Assembly (NCBI RefSeq): GCF_003918875.1
Contig: NW_025765647.1
Span: 1,674,001 to 1,738,000 of the forward strand
Length of the DNA stretch: 64,000 nucleotides
DNA from: Haliotis rubra
Lineage: Eukaryota
Reading direction: 5' to 3'
Under the pieces are notes generated by a model. It saw only the letters and a list, made by a program, of their open reading frames with translations. It ran no database searches and was not told the DNA's origin. The first letter of the stretch is position 1; the number at the start of each line of letters is the position of its first letter. Below, piece by piece: positions 13,379 through 25,959 of this stretch. Position numbers and translations under genes: made by a program.

Positions 13379-13524
13379 TCACCAGTTGTTAATCCTGTTT
13401 CGAGCTTTTCGTCCTCTAAGCTTGTCCACGAAGTACAGAAAGATGAATACCAGGAGCTCCCAGATCTCCGCGACTGTCAGGATGCTGGCCCCGAGACACA
13501 ATCCCATCTGGCCACCAACATTAG
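13379..13524 (-). CDS. DEG/ENaC (ASIC-like) channel exon 8 (TM2, GAS filter, stop)
   Basis: ttgcag acceptor, phase 1. SNVGGQMGLCLGASILTVAEIWELLVFIFLYFVDKLRGRKARNRINNW*. Confidence 0.93.
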
Positions 13525-13763
13525 CTGCAACATCAATAGCTCAGTTCACCAACAATGTATTTCCTAAAAAAGAGCTAATACTTTATTGTAGCAGTGCTAG
13601 TAGTAACATATACTTGTACACAAACATATGTTTTTTTTAAATAAGGGACAACCTATTAATCTTTGTTATCTATGATCCAGACCAGTAAATGATTTAGGGT
13701 TTACTGACAGCTTGAAGACTGTTTCCGTTATATCACATATTTATTGCATTTGTGTCATTTTAG

Positions 13764-13862
13764 AGTGAGTGAATTTAGTTTTACGCCCCTTTAGCAATAT
13801 CAGCAATATCACGGCGGGGGGACACCAGAAATGGACTTCACACATTGTACCCGTGTGGGGAA
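13764..13862 (-). mobile_element. SINE family A, 3' part
   Basis: Reverse complement of the family A body and tail. Confidence 0.75.
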
Positions 13863-14072
13863 TTTCATGTTAGAAAGTAAAATGAACACAGCATGTAGAC
13901 GTTTATCACCCAGATGATCCCGGTTGCTAAGGGACGTAACTCTAAGAAGCTTTCAGACAAGTTTTATATTGACAACAGTCCCGTAATGTAAGTACTATTC
14001 CAGTTATATGACGGTTGTCCGTAATGACCGTGTGTGGACCAGACAAGCCATCGAGCATGGACCCTCGCAACT

Positions 14073-14337
14073 TGAGTGAGTGAATAGTGAGTGAGTTTAG
14101 TATTACGCCGCACTCAGCAATATTCCATCTATATGGCGGCGGTCTGTAAATTATCGACTCTGGACCAGACAATCCAGTGATCAACAGCATGAGCATCGAT
14201 CTGCGCAACTGGTCTTCGCAACTTGGATAAGATGACATGCATCAACTAAATAAGCGAGTCTGACCACCAGATCCCGTTAGTTGCCTCTTAGGACCAGCAT
14301 GACCTTCCAAAGATCAATTCCAACCAGAGTCTTCACG
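14073..14337 (-). mobile_element. SINE family B copy
   Basis: Matches the copies at 19396, 34597 and 42191 and shares the (ACTC)n tail. Confidence 0.8.
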
Positions 14338-14362
14338 GAGTGTAATGAAGTTGTGTACTAAC

Positions 14363-14454
14363 AGAAGAGCGTGGCCTGAGTGTACTGAGGATGCTGTTTT
14401 GTTGATGTCACCATCATCTTGTCGTAGAACACTCTCAGCTCCAAGTAGTTATTC
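14363..14454 (-). CDS. DEG/ENaC channel exon 7
   Basis: cttcag acceptor and gttagt donor, phase 2/1. RNNYLELRVFYDKMMVTSTKQHPQYTQATLF. Confidence 0.9.
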
Positions 14455-14881
14455 CTGAAGTAAAGGATAAAAGTAACTTTATTTAACTAAATATACTAAT
14501 ATAATTCCCAAAATAGTATATTGACGTGATCATTCTTGAACTATTCCCGAACACTGCTGTACGAATCAGCAATAATTAAATATGAGTCAATATTGCTGTG
14601 AGAGCACTTTTACATGAATCCCCGTATTTGTGTATGAATCCCAAATAATCCGGTAGATACTTCCGTACTACCTATACACCTCAAATGCTATTGTTGGAAA
14701 ATATATCATATATCAATCTCAAATATCGTTATTCCAAACATTCTTTCTCAGACATTACATATTAGTTGACACTGTGAATTGCGCCCCCCTCGCATATAAA
14801 CATCATAAACTCAACAAAACTTCGTCGAACCACCCCCCAAATAATGAGAAAGAAGTGAACTCTGTCTCACTATGACGTATA

Positions 14882-15027
14882 TGAGTGAGTGAATTTAGTT
14901 TTACGCCGCACTGTGCAATATTCCAGTTATATGGCGTCGGTCTGTAAATAATCGAGTCTGGACCAGACAATCCAGTGATCAACAGCATGAGCATCGATCC
15001 GCGCAATTGGGAACCGATGACATGTGG
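14882..15027 (-). mobile_element. SINE family B, 3' part
   Basis: Near-identical to 34597-34745. Confidence 0.8.
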
Positions 15028-15155
15028 TCAATAGTTTGTGGATGGGCAAATGAAATTAGAACTGCACGAATACTGACAGATGAATTCTGGTGTGATGGGT
15101 TGATCGAAAACCGGACAAGGTACGATGGAAGACTACTGACACAAACGGAGCTTAC

Positions 15156-15318
15156 CTGAAGTATTCGGAACTCTCCGACTGAGTGCTGTTGTTCAGCAGT
15201 TCGGCCCAGATGTCTGCTGGGTACCCGCTGGACGACACCTGCGCACTGAACGTCGCAAAGGTGCATTGGGTGCTACATTTACACTCCTCCTCGAATGTGG
15301 TGTTCTTGCCCATTTCAC
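15156..15318 (-). CDS. DEG/ENaC channel exon 6
   Basis: tttatag acceptor and gtaagc donor, phase 1/2. REMGKNTTFEEECKCSTQCTFATFSAQVSSSGYP...SEYF. Confidence 0.9.
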
Positions 15319-15357
15319 CTATAAATACGAGGTTTCTATAGACACCGACAAAAAGTG

Positions 15358-16750
15358 TTTCTACAGATAGTGACATGCAGTATTTCCACAGATAGTGACA
15401 TGCAGTATGTCTACAGATAGTGACATGCAGTATTTCTACAGATAGTGACATGCAGTATCTCTGCAGATAGTGGCATGCAGTAGTTCTACAGATAGAGACA
15501 TGCAATATTTCTACAGATAGTGACATGCAGTAATTCCACAGATAGTCACATGCAGTATTTCTACAGATAGTGACATGCAGTATCTCTACAGATAGTGACA
15601 TGTAGTATTTCTACAGATAGTGGCATGCAGTATGTCCACATATAGTGACATGCAGTATTTCTACAGATAGTGACATGTAGTATTTCTTCAGATTGTGACA
15701 TGCAGTAGTTCTACAGATAGTACATGTAGTATTTCTACAGATAGTGACAAGCAGTATCTCTACAGATAGTGGCATGCAGTAGTTCTACAGATAGTGACAT
15801 GCAGTATTTCTACAGATAACGACATGCAGTATTTCCACAGATAGTGCATGTCACTTTCGGTAGAAATATTGCATGTCACTATCTGAGGAAATACTGCATG
15901 TCGCTATCGGTAGAAATATTGCATGTCGCTATTTCCACAGATAGTGACATGCAGTATTTCCACAGACAGTGACATGCAGTATTTCAACAGATAGTGACAT
16001 GCAGTATCTCTACAGATAGTGGCATGCAGTATTTCCACAGACAGTGACATGCAGTATTTCCACAGACAGTGACATGCAGTATCTCTACAGGTAGTGACAT
16101 GCAGTAGTTCTACAGATAGTGATATGCAGTATTTCTACAGATAGAGACATGCAGTATTTCCACAGACAGTGACATGCAGTATGTCCACAGATAGTCACAT
16201 GCAGTATTTATACAGATAGTGACATGCAGTATTTCCACAGATAGTCACATGCAGTATTTCTACAGATAGTGACATGCAGTATTTCTACAGATAGTGACAT
16301 GTAGTATTTCTACAGATAGTGACATGCAATATTTCCACATATAGTGGCATGCAGTATTTCCACAGACAGTGACATGCACTATTTCCACAGATAGTGACAT
16401 GCAGTATTTCCACAGATAGTCACATGCAGTATTTCTACAGATAGTGACATGCAGTATTTCCACAGACAGTGACATGCAGTATTTCTACAGATAGTGACAT
16501 GCAATATTTCCACAGATAGTGACATGCAGTATTTCTACAGATAGTGACATGCAGTATTTCTACAGGTTGTGACATGCAGTATTTCTACAGATAGTGGCAT
16601 GCAGTAGTTCTACAGATAGTGACATGCAGTATTTCTACAGATAGTGACATTTCCACAGATAGTGCCATACACATACAGTATTTCCACAGATAGTGGCATA
16701 CAGTGATTACACAGATAGTGATATGCTGTGATTCCTCAGATAGTGATATA
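15358..16750. repeat. 25-bp minisatellite (~55 units) with an internal inverted block
   Basis: Unit ctacagatagtgacatgcagtattt starts at 15361, 15386, 15411 and onward. Confidence 0.95.
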
Positions 16751-17279
16751 CAGTCATTACATGCTGCACGTGCATGAACACTGTGCATGTCTTCTCATAG
16801 GCCCTCTGCGTTTATTAAATTTAAATGTGTTTTTCATCTCATACCTCAACCAGCAAGTGCATGATCGGGTTAATAAAACAAAGAAAGAAAACCTGAAAAT
16901 TTTTAATTTTTAAGAACTTCAATCACTTGGTTTATAACCGTCAAAATAATTTATGAGAAGATCGAATTATTCGGAAACATTTTTAATAAACGCAGATAAC
17001 TAAAGATCAAACTGACCTGGGTGTTTTAGTGTTCAAGGGTAAGAGTATTGTTTGTATCGCCCAAGTGTGTAATTTCTACAGTAGCTTGGATAACTGAGAT
17101 GAGAAAATGTGTACTATGTCACGTCGGAATGAACGTTCAGGGCGGGCTGGTGAAGGGAAACAGGGACAAAAGACACTGGCAGCCTTAGAACAATCATTAC
17201 TTGCTGAGAATCTGTTCCCACCTGGAATCACAACACTGGTTACTTCTAGTATTACAATAACTGGGCGTATGATACTCAC

Positions 17280-17348
17280 GAATAGATATCGAATAACAGG
17301 TGTCCTGCTTCTCCAGGGAGCATATTGGGACATCGGGTCCTCTTGATC
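17280..17348 (-). CDS. DEG/ENaC channel exon 5
   Basis: cactag acceptor and gtgagt donor, phase 1/1. RSRGPDVPICSLEKQDTCYSISI contains the thumb Cys pair. Confidence 0.82.
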
Positions 17349-18730
17349 CTAGTGGCAATTAAGTGCATTTATATTACACATAATAACGGTAAATGCCTCA
17401 TTATTTATGCATCATAGACAGCATGTGACTGGCGACACACATTGACATGAAAGTACACATTTTTGGAATCGGTGGTTCGGCGACAGCAACATGAAATTTA
17501 AAGTAACGAGAACATAATTCCACAAATTACGAGAATAATAACAGAAGTAACGTGAATAAAAATCATTATTTCGAGAATATAACTGAAGTAACGAGAATGG
17601 TTCGGTGAAAAGATACTTAATGCTACAAAAGGAGTACCATTAAGCTTGTCCCAATGGCGACACCCGCCACAATTTCATGCAAGGGAATTCCATCGGACAT
17701 TATTTTGGTAACTGGTGCGTCAAATTTGGAAATGACTTCCATATGTCTTCCATAAACCTTTTGAATCCATTACAGAGGCCTTGGATGTTGTAACTCTTTG
17801 AGAATACCTTTGAAGAGAGCGTGCTCGATTGTACTGAAGCTAATTTCTAGTGTCCCGCCCTAATAACTCTCTGAATATTGCTCAAACTATCTTTATTTCG
17901 GACACGGGAAAAAAGATATTACCCTCGGTGCAAGTATTTTCAGTATTTTTCGCCTAACATTACTTATTTATTTAAACCTGATGAGATAATTCGTCCGAAA
18001 TGTTCAAGTGTTTTCATTGTTTGCGAAATGACGTCATATGAAGGCATTGTCGCAAATAATGGAAATGTCCATGACGTCACAAAGTAATTTTTGTCAGATC
18101 TATAAGAAATGAAACACATTTTTTTTCATTTTCTCATATTTTCTATTTGAAAAGTAACACTTTGTCTATATATATGTGTGTGTGTGTAGACACGTAAAAT
18201 ATAAAAGATGAATAACTCATTCAGTAAATTGAATGGAGTGTGTAAAATGTGCCTGTGGTAGAGGTACCGTGCTGGCCGCATTGAACTCTGGGTAGGAGAG
18301 TGCTGTGAAACGTCATCAAGGTACCACCTGTAGTTACTCGCCTCTTTCCGTGGCCAACAAGAAGGCTCGTAACTGTATACACAGGCAAACTGTAGCGCAA
18401 ATAGGGTTGCGCAACAAAGAGAAAATGACCAGTCTTCCTATATGCGAGCGAAGCGAGCAAAGGTTGGCAACGTACTTCCCTTGCTTCGGTTCGAAAAATA
18501 TTTTTAATATCAAAATAAAATATCGCCACCATCAAATGTAGACACCCATTTCCTCACAGGGTTGTACTCTCAGATTGCCAACCTCATATATAATAATTAC
18601 TCACGTAAAACATATTTAATTCAACACTTTAAGCACCACTCGTGCCATATCAAACCGTTCTTCGCCTCCATTACCCCTGCCAGCTTCCGGTTCAACGGAG
18701 TGAAGGAACAAGAATTTTCGAAGCATGAAA

Positions 18731-18880
18731 ATGGCGGCACCGTCGAACTGTGAAACTTCGCTAAGCTATGCAAAGCACAATTTAATCCTAAACTTTAAGG
18801 TAAAGGATCAGCAACTTTCAACACTGAAACATCTTTACGCCGGGAATGACTGTATAGCTGCTTTGCCCACCGGATATGGG
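18731..18880 (+). pseudogene. RecQ-like helicase N-terminal fragment (possible Academ transposon relic)
   Basis: MAAPSNCETSLSYAKHNLILNFKVKDQQLSTLKHLYAGNDCIAALPTGYG, truncated within motif I. Confidence 0.65.
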
Positions 18881-19065
18881 ATATTCTTGGAGTAGCCATG
18901 TTTGGAAATTCAGGGTTATCTTTCCTTGGAAATAGTACTAGACTATTTCTATCTCCGTCCACGTTTGCGCTAAGACAAGTCCCAGTCGTGAATATGGCCA
19001 CGAGAGGGGCACGAGACGCCATCCGGCTTCCCGGAATGACACGAGTAGTTACGAATATAACTTAC

Positions 19066-19246
19066 GTGGATCAGAAGGTCCGACACATCCACACAGGTTA
19101 AAGACCTTGGTCTGGATACACTCCATGAAGCAATGGTCGTAGGTGTAAGGGGAGTAGTACTTGAGAGGATTCACAAAGTCGGGACTATTTGTGTCCACAC
19201 AGTCCATTTCATCAAAAGCCATGTAGGGATCGGGCAGGTACACGTA
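19066..19246 (-). CDS. DEG/ENaC channel exon 4
   Basis: ttttgcag acceptor and gtaagt donor, phase 0/1. YVYLPDPY...YTYDHCFMECIQTKVFNLCGCVGPSDP. Confidence 0.93.
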
Positions 19247-19395
19247 CTGCAAAACAAGGACCCCATTGAGCTGACTTGCTGAAGCTTCGCTGTAAATAGT
19301 ATGTTTATACGATGACATTTAGTGAATGTATGTTATTACCACGTTGCTGTCAGTAACATTCCTGGTACCCCATTGAGTGGACCCATGTGACAATG

Positions 19396-19630
19396 AACCC
19401 GTTGTTACACCAAGCACCCGTGAACATCCGGGTTAGAATTGGTCTTCAGCAACCCATGGTTGTCGTAAGAGGCGACTAACGGGATCGGGTGGTCAGGCTC
19501 GCTGAGTTGGTTGACACGTGTCATCGTATCCAAGTTTCGTAGATCACTGGATTTTCGGGTCCAGATATGATAAATATTTATAAACCGCTGTCTTATTGCT
19601 GGACAATTGCGGCGTTAAACAACAAACATA
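19396..19630 (+). mobile_element. SINE family B copy
   Basis: acccgtgaa...gtcgtaagaggcgactaacgggatcgggtggtcaggctcgctga. Confidence 0.78.
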
Positions 19631-19844
19631 CACACCTCATTCAGCCCTGTGCTTAGACATATACACCCTTCTTGCTCAACCTGTTTCCTACATTTTACCC
19701 ATAACTATTCCATCATGTACAAATGTATATGACAAAATTTACAATTGCCTGAACGGTTCTTACCCTAACGTCTAACGGTTGACTAATATAGGAATGATAT
19801 AATGCTCAATGACGGAATTGGTGACTGAATTTGTCAAGAAGACA

Positions 19845-22500
19845 GACCCCCAAAATGGTGAAAATGTGGTGCAGTTCTGGCGACCGAATGGGATGTGATT
19901 TTTCACTATCAGGAATGAATTAGCTTTGATTGAAAGCTGTTTGTCATCAGCTACCGTGCGTGAGATTCCGTGCAGGGGCCCATTTAAGATGCAACATATC
20001 ATTTCAATTATGTTAATATTTTAACCGATAACTGGATGGTTTAATTTAATAAATTTGGATCGACCGATTTTCATCAAAATAGTAGCTTTGGAATGCCCAG
20101 ATCATGATTTAAAATTGTGGACAACAATGCTATACATGCTCATCGCAAAAATATTTTGGTCAGGTAAAAGGTCAATTTTAATAGAAAGAGCATTTGATGA
20201 GAAAACATTTGAGTCAAGCTTTACAAATTCAATTTAGGTTTTTCTAATTCAGCTATTTCATTGAAAGGTCATATATACGTTTGGTTAGCATTGTATGCAT
20301 GAAAAACCATTGCAAGGAAACGAAAGTTTGCACATTGTGTTCAGCTCAGCAAAATATTACATAATGTCTAATCAACAGTAACAGCTCCATGCTTTACATA
20401 GTCACAGAGGAAGATTTGATGAAGATCTATTACCACAGAAACGTACTGCTTAAAATACAAAACATTGAGTGCCTAGTAATATCCAATGACATACACAAAC
20501 GAGTTACACATAGCATGGTCATGACACTGTGAGCAACTGTGGGATACGATGGCATGCACCAAACAAGTAAGTGAGAACGACCACCCGATCACCATAGTTC
20601 CCTCGTACGACAACAAGGGTTACTGAAGATCAATTTTGACCCAGATTGTGTTATGGATCCAACATATTTGTGAACCTGTGATCATTTTTAATGAATATAT
20701 GCATAGTCAGGCTCATGATATGGATTGTAGGTCAATCCAAATGTTATTATAGACAACACAATGTGTGGCGCCAATATCAACTGGTCTCTGCATAAGTCGT
20801 ACCTCAGAGAGCCAATTGTCACGTTACATTTAATCATTATCAGCTATTCAATACACCCTAAGAAGTTGGTACAGACGTTGGCAAACGAGTTAGATGCTAT
20901 AACCTTGAAATCGAATATACATATTGGCAGTAGTGGGGATACTAAAAGACCAACTGTCGTTCATTTCCCGATTTCAGTATGTCGCATGACTACGTTGTCC
21001 TTCAAGCAGAGGGTTAATGAATTTCCAATAGTTATCGCATAATGGATTTGGCTCATGAATCGCTAGCTTCATCAGCTGATGAACGTCAACAATACAAAGC
21101 CAGTCCTAAAATATTGACAGCAGTGGGTAACCTCGCCTAGATGGACGCTAAAAGACCAGCTGTCGTTCATTTACCGATTTCAGTATGTCACGTGATTATG
21201 TTGTCAGTCAAGAAGAAAGTTAATGAATTGACAATTGTTAGGGCATAATTGGATCACGCGAACCACTACCTTCGTCAGCTTATGAAAGTCAACAATACAA
21301 CGTCAGTCCTATAATATCGACAGACCTCACACAGATGAACACTACAAAGTCGGCTGTAGTCAACTGCATTGTTCCAACAGACATTATGAAGCCACATACA
21401 GTGATCAGCAGAACGTGTTTTAAATGAAGGAAATATTCTGCTTGGCAAGATCTATCTATATATTTCCAAAATACGAATTCTAATATTTTTTTAAATGCGC
21501 TCTCCTCCTCGTAAGAACCACATTCGGTCAGTATCGCTGGGACCTTAGACATGTCAGTAGTCTGTTTCATACTCCAAACGTTCCGCCCAACCCTTTCTGC
21601 AATGCAATAGTCCAAAATACAGAAAGTCCATATTCCCACTGGTTCTGAATCACCGAGCTCACTGGGGCTAATTATTATTAAACATTTTAGAGGTATATGA
21701 AGGGTGTGTATATTTGATGGATACCATTAAGCCTTTCTAATCATTGTGTAATATCATTTAAAATGTATTAATGATTGCCGGTGTAAAATGAATCAAGAAA
21801 ACCAAAGTCGTAATATTTCACACTGTAAACACTAAAGAGTGTGCACACCAGAATAACATAATGCCACCTACAATCCTTCCATTAGGATGTCATATTATTA
21901 TCAATCAGCTTTAAGGGTTTTGTAGCATGTCACTGCAGTGCAGTGCAGCTGGAGCGTGAAGTGACACAAATATAAACAATATTGACATATCAAAACTTAT
22001 CTCCTTTTGACATCAGCTGAATTGTTGTTTGTGCCAGAATGTCAATAAACGGAAATTTGTATGATAGTCCAACATTTGTGGTATTGCTGATACTTTGTAA
22101 AGCATGGAGGTGAAATTATCTATATTTTGGTGATCTAAATACAAAGTACCAACTTTAATTTCCTTGTAATGGTGTTTCATGTATACAGTGCCAACCAAAC
22201 GTATATATGATCTTCAAATGATATAGATGAATTAGAAAAACATAATATTAGTAAAACTACCTTTAATTTGTAAAGTTTAACTCATATGTTTCTCATCAAA
22301 TGCACTTTCTATTAAAACAGACCTTTGACCTTGCCAAAATTTAAATGATATGTTGCACCTTTAAAGGGCGCCTGTACGGTAGTCAAGTACGGTAGCTGAT
22401 GACAAACGGCTTTAAATCAAAGCTAAATCATCGCTGATTGTGAAAAATCACAACCCATACGGTCGCCAGAACTGCACCACATTTTCACCATTTTGTGGTC
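19845..22500. mobile_element. Non-autonomous DNA element with long imperfect TIRs
   Basis: 19850-20330 is an imperfect reverse complement of 22150-22497 (for example caaaatggtgaaaatgtggtgcagttctggcgaccg). Confidence 0.75.
20921..21322. repeat. ~200-bp diverged tandem duplication
   Basis: taaaagacca.ctgtcgttcattt.ccgatttcagtatgtc...gtcaacaatacaa..cagtccta occurs twice. Confidence 0.8.
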
Positions 22501-22766
22501 AAGCTTCTACATCAAATCAGTTACTGTGATATGTACATCTGGGAGAACACATGCATTATACACACACCCAACCGTTACGGCTTAATAAATGTGCACATTT
22601 CCTTTGACGTTTTTACTGTAAGTATTGCTAAGCGTTGTTATCTGCCTTTGGCTGTAAAACTTGTACTTGGATATGCGGTGACAGAAATCAATGACATTCG
22701 AGGACATGTTAAGTTATTCCTAATCCCTGAGTAACAATATCCCCAGAAACAACAATACTTATTGAC

Positions 22767-22865
22767 CTCGGACTTGTGCATCGCAACATAGGTGGAAAAC
22801 CCTGGAGCAGCCATGACCACGGTGGGATTAGCGTCAGGGTGGTGCCTTGAATTGTGGAGCAACAC
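22767..22865 (-). CDS. DEG/ENaC channel exon 3
   Basis: ttccag acceptor and gtcaat donor, phase 0/0. VLLHNSRHHPDANPTVVMAAPGFSTYVAMHKSE contains the conserved PG motif. Confidence 0.9.
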
Positions 22866-22889
22866 CTGGAAGTATAGATTGTCAATATG

Positions 22890-24330
22890 TTGCAGTATGT
22901 CAACACACGATAGTATGTCAGCACCTAGAAACACATGTCAGGATGTCAATACATGGCAGTATGTCAACACACGATAGTATCTCAGCACCTAGAAACACGT
23001 GTCAGGATGTCAATACATGGCAGTATGTCAACACACGATAGTATCTCAGCACCTAAAAACACATGTCAGGATGTCAATACATGGCAATGTGTCAACACAC
23101 GATAGTAGCTCAGCACCTAAAAACACATGCCAGGATGTCAATACATGGCAATATGTCAACACACGATAGTATCTCAGCACCTAGAAACACATGTCAGGAT
23201 GTCAATACATGGCAATGTGTCAACACACGATAGTATCTCAGCACTTAAAAGCACATATCAGGATGTCAATACACGGCAATATGTCAACACACGATAGTAT
23301 CTCAGCACCTAGAAACACATGTCAGGATGTCAATACATGACAATATTTCAACACACGATAGTATCTCAGCACTTAGAGACACATATCAGGATGTCAATAC
23401 ACGGCAATATGTCAACACACGACAGTATCTCAGCACCTAGAAACACATGTCAGGATGTCAATAAATGGCAGTATGTTAACACACGATAGTATCTCAGCAC
23501 CTAGAAACACATGTCAGGATGTCAATACACGGCAATATGTCAACACACGACAGTATCTCAGCACCTAGAAACACATGTCAGGATGTCAATAAATGGCAGT
23601 ATGTTAACACACGATAGTATCTCAGCACCTAGAAACACATGTCAGGATGTCAATACACGGCAATATGTCAACACACGATAGTATCTCAGCACCTAGAAAC
23701 ACATGTCAGGATGTCAATAAATGGCAGTATGTTAACACACGATAGTAGCTCAGCACCTAGAAACACATGTCAGGATGTCAATACATGACAATATGTCAAC
23801 AAACGACAGTATCTCAGCACCTAGAAACACATGTCAGGGTGACAATACATGGCAATATGTCAACACACGATAGTATGTCAGCACCTAGAAACACATGTCA
23901 GGATGTCAATACATGGCAGTATGTCTACACACGATAGTATCTCAGTACCTAGAAACACATGTCAGGATGTCAATACATGGCAGTATGTCAACATACGATA
24001 GTATCTCAGCACCTAGAAACACATGTCAGGATGTCAATACATGGCAGTATGTCAACACACGATAGTATCTCAGCACTTAGAGACACATATCAGGATGTCA
24101 ATACATGGCAGTATGTCAACACACGATAGTATGTCAGCACCTAGAAACGCATGTCAGGATGCCAATACATGGCAGTATGTCTACACACGATAATATGTCA
24201 GCACCTAGAAACACATGTCGGGATGTCAATACATGGCAGTATGTCAACACACGACAGTATCTCAGCACCTAGCAACACATGTCAGGGTGTAAATAAATTG
24301 CAGCATGTCAGTATCTCAGCACTTGAAACA
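22890..24330. repeat. 64-bp minisatellite (~22 units)
   Basis: gcaccta recurs at 22921, 22985, 23049 and onward. Confidence 0.95.
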
Positions 24331-25959
24331 CGTGAATTTGCCTGCACGTGGAAGATTGTCAACACACGACAATATATCAAAAGCAGTTTGTGACTGTTAG
24401 CATAAGACGTGGTTACAGCGATTACCTAAAACGTACTACTTGGCTTTCAAAAGTTGACTGCTGTAGTGTATTTGCTATAAATAGTTGTGACACTAATCCT
24501 ATGTACATCGTATCGGGATTACCCCATTTCTGATTACGTCATCTACACGACACATGGATGATGAAGTCATGTAGGGTGAGCTAGCCATCTTGCATTAAAC
24601 ACGAAGTTTGTCTCCAACTCTCTCGTTGTGTTATAGTGCACAGGGTGTAAGGACCACCCCACACTAGGTACATTACAACTGCAAATGATTTTAGACCATT
24701 GAGAACGCAAATCAATTCTCTGGCAGAAGTCTGTAAGGGATTTTTCCATATTTAGTATTCATAAACACCTGTAGCCATAGTCTTCGTTATATGAATGGAT
24801 CACTGAAAAGAACCAGGTGTTCGCAAAAAGGCGAAAAGCATGTCCTATGAACTCTCGCAATCCACACAATGTGCATAAAAAAGGTGTTTCTTTTATTTCC
24901 TGATGCCGCACAGGTACACTGTGACCATTGGAGAATCCAACCCGGTCCGTCGGTGTAACACGTGAACGATTTATCCACTACCCCACCGCCTTAACACGCC
25001 GCTGAACGGTTATGTAATATGTACACTTAGTGAGTAATGGTGTGTACAAATACAGGTGCAACGTGTTTATCAGTGCCTGTCTACATTCGGTAATTAACAA
25101 TTTCAAAGGAATGTTCAACATAGCCCAAATTAAATCTACTCCAAACGAGTTCATTTAGTGTGTTATTAGTGGCAGATCTTTATGTGTTTGTAACTCATTT
25201 CACTCGTTAAACATACGCCTAAAACAACCCTGCAACATTCTTTTATTCCCTGTTGAATACGATAACAAAGGCTTCCAACATGACCCTGGTGCCCTAGCAT
25301 TTACAAATAACAGCGTCACCCGCTTTCATGCCCCATTGCTGATATTGCATGTTGCTCGTGCGGTTACCTTCCATTAACGGCTTTGTTTTGTCCGCATTTT
25401 TAAACAGGCTTCCTGATAAGAATTGTCCTTGTACTGTAAATCTCAATACATTAATCAGTTGCATTAATGGTACCTTCAGTCTCCATAATGATACTATAGT
25501 GTCAGACTGGTTATTCATATGATGTCCGTGTGCGCTTCAGATTACCATGCATTAGAAAGCAGGGTATGGTTTCAATACCTTACTTGATGTACTGTCCACA
25601 GGCGACGTCTGAAACGGTCTCAGATATCAGGGATTTGTGTGGAGTTTAACACCGTGAAAAGACGAGTGATATCCGATACATTAGAACAAGGGAAAACCTT
25701 TTCAATTGTTATGGTAGTTTTAGTGAAGGTCATGCTTACTCTTTCAGCGACCACCGGGTGTCAGGGCCGATTTTCAGTATCCATTCAAATATGTACACAA
25801 GTTTTAAGAAGGGTTTTCTGCTCTGATTCGTAGGATAATCCAAGTTATTTTCTGGCGTTGACATTTTATATTTACATGGTGGACAATCGTTACTGGTTTG
25901 CTTGACATGTTACACTATATCTAGACACACGGATAATTAATATCAGCCTATATCATTAT

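Noticed and set aside
15319-16788. Repetitive Cys/His-rich ORFs (MSLSVEILHVTIC...)
   Set aside because: They are translations of the 25-bp minisatellite. Only 15156-15318 is a real exon.
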